Shown: one piece after another, positions 1 to 7,749 of the stretch | How positions within the stretch are numbered: position 1 is the first letter of the stretch | How the letters are laid out: each line of letters starts with the position of its first letter | Origin: a virus | Length of the DNA: 64,000 bases | Virus record (IMG/VR): IMGVR_UViG_3300045988_097954 | Coordinates: 1,532-65,531 of that record | Strand: one strand, 5' to 3' | Position numbers and translations under genes: made by a program | The notes under the pieces: model-generated | The model's input: the letters and a program-made list of their open reading frames with translations, nothing else | The model's database searches: none | What the model was told of the DNA's origin: nothing

Positions 1-1
1 T

Positions 2-298
2 AATTATGAGCCGTGCCATACGGAATACAACTCTAAATATTCCGATGAATACGACTTTTACCACGCAATTGAAGAAAACGGCGGTTATAATTATATAGCC
101 GTTCCTAAGCCTAGTTATAGAATTATAACGCCTTATACGGTGATTGAAGTTAATTGCAATGATTATTTTAAAGTCTTTCAATCTGCTAACCACTTACAGT
201 ATGAAGAGTTGATGGCGGAGGAATTACAAGAAGGTAATTATATCGAGGTGGAAGAATATGAGCCACCGCAAGAAATTTCATATATTGAAGTCTACTAG
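2..298 (+). CDS. hypothetical small acidic protein, 5' end outside window
   Basis: Stop-free frame from window edge to TAG 296-298 (..YEPCHTEYNSKYSDEYDFYHAIEENGG..EEYEPPQEISYIEVY*). Composition resembles the other small arm ORFs. Missing from the ORF track because it has no in-window start. Confidence 0.4.
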   Translation, partial: NYEPCHTEYNSKYSDEYDFYHAIEENGGYNYIAVPKPSYRIITPYTVIEVNCNDYFKVFQSANHLQYEELMAEELQEGNYIEVEEYEPPQEISYIEVY

Positions 299-691
299 AG
301 ACATTGGCGGTATACCTTAGTATATCGCCTTTTGTTATATTCCATTGTTTTAATACAATTGAATCCATATGCAACCCCATGCAGCACATTCTCAATTAGA
401 CAACCTAAATGATAATACCAGCGTAAAACCATATGTATTGAGAATGTTTATCAAATAAGTGTTTATTTATTTGCGTTCTAAGGTCGCTCTAAAGAGTCCG
501 CCTTATGATTATATGCGAAACATCTAAAAACGCATACAAGCGAAAATACGCATTTTTAAAGCATATGAATTCTAATGAATCTACAATAGATACACCCATG
601 ACATACATATGTATAATTTTGTTCTTCTGTGGTAGACATGGGTAAAATCGCTGGATAAACGAGAATGTATCTCAAGTAGGTATTCAGCAGG

Positions 692-719
692 TTGCCATAG
701 TTTAAAGCTATGGTAAAAT
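692..719 (+). promoter_or_regulatory. sigma-70/sigma-A type promoter (TTGCCA-16-TGgTAAAAT) with a palindrome in the spacer
   Basis: TTGCCA 692-697 and extended -10 TGGTAAAAT ending 719. CCATAGTTTAAAGCTATGG (695-713) fills the spacer. About 100 nt upstream of CDS 817. Confidence 0.55.
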
Positions 720-816
720 ACTTTGTTATAGACAAAAACTATTATGCATATGTTTTAAAACATGAGATAATAAGACCATAGAAATAGGCAACGGTAGACC
801 CTATAGGAGGAAACAT

Positions 817-1125
817 ATGAAAACTTTATTTGGTGTAGATAATTACAAAAACTATAATTTAGTATGTGTACTTGACGGTACAGAAATTCACTTAATCGAG
901 GTTGAACATATCTATATTGATAGATATACGGGCAGTATGTCGGTTATCGGTGAACGTCTTTGGGTGTGGTCAATGAATGCATTATGTAATATTGCTCATG
1001 GTATTGGCGATTGTACTCGTCAGCCTTTATATGATGTTAAATATTTTTGGACGAATTGGGAAGAGTTTAAAAATTTACCTACAAGAGATATTTATTTACG
1101 ATTAGGCGAGTATTGGGAATACTAG
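817..1125 (+). CDS. hypothetical early-type protein
   Basis: ATG preceded by TAGGAGGAAACAT; 102 aa; followed by a strong terminator. Confidence 0.6.
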   Translation: MKTLFGVDNYKNYNLVCVLDGTEIHLIEVEHIYIDRYTGSMSVIGERLWVWSMNALCNIAHGIGDCTRQPLYDVKYFWTNWEEFKNLPTRDIYLRLGEYWEY

Positions 1126-1181
1126 GAAGGGCGTTCTAGTGTCCTATCTGATAGAGTAAATATTAATAGTCGAAGACTATT

Positions 1182-1212
1182 GACGGTATACAATTATGTA
1201 TACCGTCTTTTT
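1182..1212 (+). terminator. rho-independent terminator
   Basis: GACGGTATAC-AATTAT-GTATACCGTC followed by TTTTT. Confidence 0.8.
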
Positions 1213-1236
1213 ATGTCCTAAAACAATAGAACGAAA

Positions 1237-2235
1237 ACAATCGTTTTTACAATCGTATTTTTATATGCTGATTACTATTAAGAAAACATAAGATATCTAT
1301 TGTTTTCAAACCATAAGAGATATATTGTATTGTCTTATGTGTGTACGTTTGTATATTCAATAGATGTTCTATTATGTGTGTACATGTGTTTAGACATGGG
1401 TTTTGCTTGTGTATTGGGCTTTGGGTTGAGTCTTATGTACTAGAGAGTTTGAGCGTCCTATTGATGACGACACCTAAGAAATACCCCACTATGGGACTGC
1501 TTATGACCCACCCCATGAGCCCACCAATTGTTATTACTATGTGGCAACAATCGTATAACTTAGGTGTATACATACGTATCGACATATACCAATATATTCA
1601 TATGTAATCAACAATGGTTATACAATCGTTTTTGCTTATGCATATACTTTTGATACCACATATGAGCCATACTAATTGATAACGTAAGTGAGAGTGAATG
1701 TAATATTATGGGTATTCTATTACGTTGACACATTGGCAAGCATTAGCCTTGCCTAGTGTTGTGTACATATGTTTAACTGCTCATGTGTTCCTATAAGACA
1801 CCCCCTAGCGTATCGAAAATTTTGAATATCCAAAAGGGGTACATATGTTCTGCTGGGGGCGGTTATATTACACCAAACTCTCGCCGCATACTACAGATTA
1901 AAGCATATGTCCATACACCAGACTACTACAATGGTACATACTATGGGTTTCTACACGACATATACAAACATAAGTATATACTGTGGTTTACAACATAAGA
2001 ACCACAACACATATGTATCATGCAATCGCAAATACTATGGAGAATACAATCGTTTAATACGATTTACAACATATAGAAAAACATATAAGAAAAACTATGG
2101 ATTATCCAATCGAGGTATGCTATTGTAAAAACAATCGTCTAAAAATTTTGTAGAAAATTTTATGGATTTTATATGAATTGACTTATAAACTCTATATAGA
2201 AAACCATAGTATAGTGCTATGGATAATACAATCGT
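1237..2235. repeat. dispersed direct-repeat array of the 8-mer ACAATCGT (iteron-like)
   Basis: Perfect copies at 1237, 1249, 1547, 1622, 2046, 2131 and 2228. Variants GCAATCGC at 2022 and CCAATCGA at 2106. Several copies are preceded by CTATGGA (2035, 2095, 2214). The region has no RBS-supported ORF. Confidence 0.7.
2204..2222. promoter_or_regulatory. operator-like palindrome CCATAG-N7-CTATGG
   Basis: CCATAGTATAGTGCTATGG; same half-sites and spacing as 695-713 and 62848-62865. Confidence 0.45.
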
Positions 2236-2530
2236 TTTATGATATATAGATGCAATCATAAGATTGTGATATGTTTAAAACATCTGACTAGATGTATGTC
2301 CTAATAGTATTGTGAAATACATTACAACATAGTTAATCACCATCATAGAATGGTGATTGTGTATTCTTAGTCAAGATAATATGCTTGCACAGCCCTAGTG
2401 ATAAAATATTAATGACACACCATACTAATGGACTGTCTACTATGGATGCGTATATATATTCAATATACTATGGAAATGACATATGTTGCCCTGTGATGGC
2501 ATTTCATCCGTTGACCAAAATATGACAAAA

Positions 2531-2591
2531 ACCCCTGTTATTAACATATGTAATTAATAATAGTTATTCATATGTGAAGATAAACAGGGGT
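2531..2591. repeat. 9-bp inverted repeat enclosing two CATATG palindromes
   Basis: ACCCCTGTT (2531-2539) pairs with AACAGGGGT (2583-2591). The loop contains AACATATGTAATTA and TTCATATGTG. Confidence 0.4.
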
Positions 2592-2754
2592 CTGCATATG
2601 GGGTAGACAAGGGTAAATTTTCTTATGACCTGGTGATAATTTTTAAAACTTCATCAAAATTTCATAATTACTATAAACACAGTAACTATATGGGTTCGTC
2701 GGTCTTTATACCTAACGGATAATCATTATTACTTCCGATAATTGAAAAAATAGT

Positions 2755-2789
2755 GTTACAAAATTTCAATGTTTGACACTATAAGTAGA
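2755..2789 (+). promoter_or_regulatory. 35-nt late-promoter-like motif, copy A
   Basis: GTTACAAAATTTCAATGTTTGACACTATAAGTAGA; near-identical to the copies at 4720 and 18621. Confidence 0.5.
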
Positions 2790-3124
2790 AGACTAAAGTT
2801 TTTAAAGCTAGAGGTTTTAAATCGAGGGATTTATAATCAGGTGTTTAGGCTAATAGTCTAAAACAGTTTGTCTAAAGCATTGTGCTCCAAGCTTTAGATA
2901 CTGACTAAGTAACACTCCGTAGGAGTATTGCGAAGCAATCTAAAGAAGCATGCTCTTTAGAATACATAAGTATAAAACCTATAGGATTCCTTGACAGGAA
3001 TAAACACTCCGTGTTTGCCCTATAGTCAGATTATGATTACAGCCTAAAGCAGTAGACTCAAAACCTCAGCAAAAGCATGAGCCATATGCATTAGACCAAA
3101 CATGTCAAACATAAGAATATACAA
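2790..3124 (+). ncRNA. candidate structured non-coding transcript (unknown function)
   Basis: Lies between motif copy A and the terminator hairpin at 3125-3176. No ORF or RBS. Hairpins at 2871-2898, 2914-2926 and 2939-2961, with repeated CTAAAG and AACACTCCGT words. Confidence 0.35.
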
Positions 3125-3176
3125 AAGGGGCATACATAAGTATATACCATAAGATATAAACTCATGTATGCCCCTT
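3125..3176. terminator. bidirectional rho-independent terminator
   Basis: 13-bp stem AAGGGGCATACAT / ATGTATGCCCCTT. T-run on the minus strand (CCCCTTTTGT) and TTT on the plus strand. Sits at the 3' end of the minus-strand operon. Confidence 0.75.
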
Positions 3177-3189
3177 TATAAGACTTATA

Positions 3190-3444
3190 TTAATACTCTG
3201 GAAACTCTCTAATGAATTTCTGACCCAAGTATAAGAACGTAAAGACAATAACCCATGCAAATAATGAATATTCTACTTGGGTTGTACCATTAAGAATATT
3301 GTCGAATACTGCTCCACCAAATGCAATGGCAGCAACAATATATAAAATACCGACTGTGCGTGGGGATGTAAACCATCCAACAACTAATGCGATGGCTAAT
3401 GAAACCCCAACAATTAAACACCATAATAGAACTAATGCAATCAT
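3190..3444 (-). CDS. small integral membrane protein
   Basis: 84 aa, mostly hydrophobic helices; GGAGG RBS; co-oriented just downstream of the recombinase gene. Confidence 0.6.
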   Translation of the reverse strand: MIALVLLWCLIVGVSLAIALVVGWFTSPRTVGILYIVAAIAFGGAVFDNILNGTTQVEYSLFAWVIVFTFLYLGQKFIREFPEY

Positions 3445-3454
3445 AAATAACCTC

Positions 3455-3985
3455 CTATAAGGACATAATAGAATAAACTTTAGTATTTAATTCCTCGGTT
3501 GTAATACCAATGTAACGCATTGTGATGGCTTCTGAGGAATGATTAAAGACTTGCATAAGATATGCAATTGGAACACCTTTGCGATACGCATGATACCCAA
3601 AGGTTTTACGCATGGAGTGCGTTCCGATGTTATCAAGTCCGCATTTAATGGATGCTGCTTTGATTTTTCTCCATGCTTGCACAGTGGTAATATGACCATC
3701 ACCAGAACGACTTGGAAACAACCAATGCTTACATTTAGATGCATATTCGCACAACATATTATATACTGACTTAGATAATGTAAATCGTTTGAACTTGCCT
3801 GTTTTTTGTTCATACAATTCCATCTCAGGTTTTACATCATCTATTGTTAAACCGACTAAATCACTGATGCGGAGACCAGAGTTGATGCCAAGTGTGAACA
3901 ACATGCGGTCTCTCTCGTTACCGAGAGCTGTACGCATTTCATCTACTTTTGATAGTTCTCTGATTGGTTCTGTTGTATTAGCCAT
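3455..3985 (-). CDS. tyrosine recombinase / phage integrase family, catalytic domain only
   Basis: GLRISD (Arg), THSMRKT (H-x-x-R), NHSS (His) and MRYIG (Tyr) in the canonical order. 176 aa with no N-terminal core-binding domain. RBS AGGAGG. Confidence 0.8.
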   Translation of the reverse strand: MANTTEPIRELSKVDEMRTALGNERDRMLFTLGINSGLRISDLVGLTIDDVKPEMELYEQKTGKFKRFTLSKSVYNMLCEYASKCKHWLFPSRSGDGHITTVQAWRKIKAASIKCGLDNIGTHSMRKTFGYHAYRKGVPIAYLMQVFNHSSEAITMRYIGITTEELNTKVYSIMSL

Positions 3986-4025
3986 AATATATTTCCTCCT
4001 GTGTCTTACTTCTGTTATTAAGTAT

Positions 4026-4054
4026 ATGATACACTAGGGTCTTGTTTTTGTCAA
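4026..4054 (-). promoter_or_regulatory. sigma-70 type promoter for the recombinase operon
   Basis: Minus strand reads TTGACA-17-TATCAT with TG upstream of the -10. Confidence 0.6.
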
Positions 4055-4055
4055 C

Positions 4056-4074
4056 AATTATTTAAAAAATAATT
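4056..4074. promoter_or_regulatory. AT-rich palindrome between divergent genes (possible operator)
   Basis: AATTATTT-AAA-AAATAATT, perfect 8-bp arms. Confidence 0.3.
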
Positions 4075-4090
4075 CAGGAGATACACATAT

Positions 4091-4702
4091 ATGCAAGAAG
4101 TCGCATTAAAACGTAAAAAAGGATATGAGAATCGCATTGATTTCTTTGGTCTTGGCGATGATGTTACCGAAGCAAGAAACGCAGGGAAATCGTATATGCT
4201 GATTGCACGAGAGCTCAATAAGAAACATAAAAAAGAACTACAGTCAATCTTAATTACACCAAAGATGGTCGGCGATTGGTGTCGTACTAATTTAATACAA
4301 GAGCAGTCACCAACGCAAGAAACAGAGGTTATTAATACATACAATGAACAAAAAGGTCTCCTTGAGTTGGTTGAGACACAACTTGAGATGATTCAATTGT
4401 TTATCGATGATTTACAATGCCAAGACATCCAAGGCTCTGTACCGTCTGACCTTTTGTATGACCGTATGAAGAATCTTATGTTAGACCAAGAGAAATACAT
4501 TGGGCGGAAACAGTCTATTCTCAAAGACATGCAAAATATCGCAGAAAAGATATACACTTTCCAAGCAATGAACGCTATTATACTAGAAATCATGCGTATG
4601 GTCGAACAAGAAGACCCTGTTTTAGCCGAAAAAATCAAGAATAATATGAAAGAAAACAAGATTTTATTGGCGAATTATGCTAAAATTCAACAAAATTCAT
4701 AA
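4091..4702 (+). CDS. HTH-containing protein, possible small terminase subunit by position
   Basis: 203 aa immediately upstream of terL. HTH-like segment KSYMLIARELN and a coiled-coil-rich C-terminus. No motif-level proof. Confidence 0.4.
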   Translation: MQEVALKRKKGYENRIDFFGLGDDVTEARNAGKSYMLIARELNKKHKKELQSILITPKMVGDWCRTNLIQEQSPTQETEVINTYNEQKGLLELVETQLEMIQLFIDDLQCQDIQGSVPSDLLYDRMKNLMLDQEKYIGRKQSILKDMQNIAEKIYTFQAMNAIILEIMRMVEQEDPVLAEKIKNNMKENKILLANYAKIQQNS

Positions 4703-4719
4703 AAATTCTGTTAAAAAGT

Positions 4720-4754
4720 GTTACAAAATCAAAATGTTTTATACTATATATAGA
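4720..4754 (+). promoter_or_regulatory. 35-nt late-promoter-like motif, copy B
   Basis: GTTACAAAATCAAAATGTTTTATACTATATATAGA, 27 nt upstream of the terL start. Confidence 0.55.
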
Positions 4755-4780
4755 GAGCAATTTCTACAGGAGGTGTGTCC

Positions 4781-6463
4781 ATGGCTGAAAACATTTTAGA
4801 CTCGCTCTTAGGTGCATCCATGGCGAACACAGAGTCCACTGGCAACACACCTACTGACAAAGATATTAGTGCTACTAATTTAGAACATTTTGCAAAGACA
4901 TATTTTCCTCATATCTTTTCAACACCGTTTTGTGAGTTTCATCACTCGATGTTTAAAGATGCGGAGAATATGATTTTATATTTTGACAATCTACACAATA
5001 AATTCGTTCGAGCTGCACCACGAGGTCACGGCAAAAGTCGTATCATCTCGGTTGTGTTTCCGATTTGGTTGATTGTGTATGGATACCGCAAGAATATACT
5101 AATTATATCAGATACCTTTGAACAAGCCAAAGAATTCATTCAAACGATAAAAGATGAACTGGAAGATAATGAACGTTTGAAAAAGGACTTTGGTCTTTTA
5201 AAGGGTGATAAAACTTGGGCGTCCGACAAGATTGTAACAAAGAATAAAATACAAGTATTTGCAAAGTCAAGCGGACAGTCGCTCCGTGGCTCAAGTTACA
5301 ATAATATTCGACCAGAAGTTGTAATATTAGATGACCTTGAGAATGACGAAGCGGTTGAAACTGAAAATCAACGCAAGAAATTATATGATTGGTTTATGAA
5401 GGTATTAATGCCAATTGGTAACCCAAGAACCGTATTCTTGTATGTTGGTTCTGTTCTTCATTACGAAGCATTGTTATATAAAGTATTAACGGAACCGAAG
5501 TTTAATAACTGGAACCGTGCTATTTATAAAGCTGTATACTCCTTCTCAGAAAACCCAAGATGGGCGGTATGGGAAGAGATATTTAATGACTTATCTGACC
5601 CAGATGCTGCACAGAACGCAGCCGATTATTTTAACGACCATCGAGAAGAAATGATGGAAGGCGTTGAGATAATGTGGGAGGGTCGTAACTTTGGTTTATT
5701 TGAATCCCTCGATTGTTCATACGAAGAAAAAATGAGAATGTCTCGTGATAACTGGTATCAAGAACTCATGATTTTACGTATGCAAGATGACGAAGCTTTC
5801 AACTCGGAGTATCAAAACAATCCGATGACCGAAGAAAGTCGCATTATTAAAGACTCATGGATTAAAGCCAATTATTATGACGACACGCAATTGCCTAAGA
5901 TGAAACAGATTTATGCGGCTGTCGATGTATCCATGGGTAAATCACGCACGTCTGACTACTCGGCAATACTGGTGGTTGGTCGTGGTGTAGACAACTATTT
6001 TTATGTACTCGAAGCGGATGTCGAAAGACGCTCACCAGACATAATCATTAATGATATTCTATTATACCTTGATAAGTACAATGGAAGACTTGATGGATTT
6101 ATCGTTGAAGAAAACGTATTCCAAGAGTTTTTCTCTAAGACATTACAACAGACTGCACTTGATATGGGTCTGTATGTAAACTGGGTATCCGTTAGGTCTA
6201 CTGCGAGCGACAACAAAGGAACACGTATCCGCTCGCTTGCTCCTAAGATTAAACAAGGGTATATTAAATTTAATAAAAATCATCGTGTACTTGAAAGCCA
6301 ACTAAAGAACTTTCCGAAAGACCATGACGATGCACCTGACTGTTTGGAACGATGCATTTCAAAATTCATGGAAAACTCTTCGACAATCAACGTTGGTGCA
6401 ATGGGTACACTTAGGAAAAAACGTATGGACACATTATCATTCATGAAAGGTTGGAAACGATGA
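4781..6463 (+). CDS. terL: terminase large subunit
   Basis: Walker A AAPRGHGKSR, Walker B VVILDDLEND and a C-terminal nuclease-type acidic motif DHDDAPD. ATG 4781 sits 7 nt after AGGAGG; the track start at 4775 is GTG. Confidence 0.9.
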   Translation: MAENILDSLLGASMANTESTGNTPTDKDISATNLEHFAKTYFPHIFSTPFCEFHHSMFKDAENMILYFDNLHNKFVRAAPRGHGKSRIISVVFPIWLIVYGYRKNILIISDTFEQAKEFIQTIKDELEDNERLKKDFGLLKGDKTWASDKIVTKNKIQVFAKSSGQSLRGSSYNNIRPEVVILDDLENDEAVETENQRKKLYDWFMKVLMPIGNPRTVFLYVGSVLHYEALLYKVLTEPKFNNWNRAIYKAVYSFSENPRWAVWEEIFNDLSDPDAAQNAADYFNDHREEMMEGVEIMWEGRNFGLFESLDCSYEEKMRMSRDNWYQELMILRMQDDEAFNSEYQNNPMTEESRIIKDSWIKANYYDDTQLPKMKQIYAAVDVSMGKSRTSDYSAILVVGRGVDNYFYVLEADVERRSPDIIINDILLYLDKYNGRLDGFIVEENVFQEFFSKTLQQTALDMGLYVNWVSVRSTASDNKGTRIRSLAPKIKQGYIKFNKNHRVLESQLKNFPKDHDDAPDCLERCISKFMENSSTINVGAMGTLRKKRMDTLSFMKGWKR

Positions 6464-7749
6464 GTTTGAAGCAAAAGATATTAGCATGGATGAGTGCCCT
6501 CGTTACACGAGATACGGTTGCAAACATAAGTCAGACATGGTTTGGACGTTGGGGTCGCACCTCTCGTAGAAACACAGAGATGAAACTTAGTGTTGATGCT
6601 CTACGTAATATGGCGAGGACACCGATTGCTCGGTCAGCCATCAATCAGATTAGAGAGGGCGTTCTCGCACTCCCATGGGAGGTTGTATCCGTTGATGGCA
6701 ATGAAAATAAAAAAGCTATTCGACTTGTCAAAAACATTATCAACCAACCTAATCCAGTCGATGACTACTATGACTTTATGGGAAAATTATTCGAAGACTT
6801 AATCGTTTTAGATATTGCGTTTTTCGAACAAAAAGTTGTCAAGCGAGACAGACCTTTGTATTTATTCCCTATTGATGCTCAAACGATTGAAGTCGCAACG
6901 AATTGGACAGGCGATTTAAACCAGCCACGATACTTGCAAAAAGTCAATGGCTTACAAGAGTGGTATAAATGTGACAAAATCGCAATGTTACAACGAACGA
7001 AGTTGACTTATGATGAGTTCGGTTATTCACCATTAGAACAAGCATATCGACATATAATGTACTTACAAGAGGTACAAGCATATGCAAACGATATATCTTC
7101 TAATGCCATGCCGAAGTACTTAATCAACCTTGGTGATAAGGCATCTCAAGAAGAAATCGAAAAAGTTCGAGTATATATTGAGAATGAAATCCAAGGTCAA
7201 TCTGCTGTTGCAATCGTTGGTACTACGACATTAGATGCAAAACAAGTATCTCCGATTGGTGACGAGTCAGCATCCTTGAATTGGCAAAAGCTATTGTTAC
7301 AAATTATTGCTACATGCTTTAATATTCCACCAGAACGACTTGGGGTTGCTATCTCAAATGACCGTTCGACATCATCTGAAAAAGACAATGAGATGTTGGA
7401 ATACACAATTAAACCATGGGCGAAGATATTCGAACGTGCTTTCAACAAGTATGTAATCGATAGACTTGGCTATAGTGGCAAAATCGAGTTTCGTTTTGTG
7501 TTTACTCCTACGAAGGCACAACAAGCGGATGCTGTAGAACGTGTTCGTAAGTTGGTTGATGGAAATATTATCACAATTAACGAAGCAAGACAAGAACTCA
7601 ATGGTGTTCTTGGGATTGGTCTTTCCGATATTCCATCAGGAGATAAACTCTTGAGTGAATATAATACATCTCTGAGTGGTAATGAAGATACCACCCCTTC
7701 AACCACAACAGAGAAATCTACGGAGAAAGGAGAGAAAACAGATGAATAA
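6460..7749 (+). CDS. portal protein
   Basis: About 430 aa directly after terL with ATGA start/stop overlap. Size, position and acidic C-terminus are typical of portals. Confidence 0.75.
   Translation: MSLKQKILAWMSALVTRDTVANISQTWFGRWGRTSRRNTEMKLSVDALRNMARTPIARSAINQIREGVLALPWEVVSVDGNENKKAIRLVKNIINQPNPVDDYYDFMGKLFEDLIVLDIAFFEQKVVKRDRPLYLFPIDAQTIEVATNWTGDLNQPRYLQKVNGLQEWYKCDKIAMLQRTKLTYDEFGYSPLEQAYRHIMYLQEVQAYANDISSNAMPKYLINLGDKASQEEIEKVRVYIENEIQGQSAVAIVGTTTLDAKQVSPIGDESASLNWQKLLLQIIATCFNIPPERLGVAISNDRSTSSEKDNEMLEYTIKPWAKIFERAFNKYVIDRLGYSGKIEFRFVFTPTKAQQADAVERVRKLVDGNIITINEARQELNGVLGIGLSDIPSGDKLLSEYNTSLSGNEDTTPSTTTEKSTEKGEKTDE

Noticed and set aside
186-395. Minus-strand ORF 186-395
   Set aside because: It overlaps the better-looking plus-strand frame that runs to the TAG at 296-298, and it has no RBS.
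1341-2128. Track ORFs 1341-1607, 1783-1998 and 1907-2128 in the left arm
   Set aside because: They have no RBS. The peptides are Cys/Tyr/His-rich low-complexity sequences driven by TA/CATATG repeats, they overlap one another, and they span the ACAATCGT repeat array. Treated as non-coding.
1-3180. Possibility that the arm repeats form a CRISPR array
   Set aside because: The repeats are short (6-19 bp), degenerate and irregularly spaced, and they occur in both orientations. There is no repeat-spacer periodicity and there are no cas genes.
3190-4702. Reading the recombinase region as a full lysogeny module
   Set aside because: Only a truncated integrase-family protein is present. No CI/Cro-like pair, excisionase or attP core could be identified by eye, so a temperate lifestyle is not claimed.
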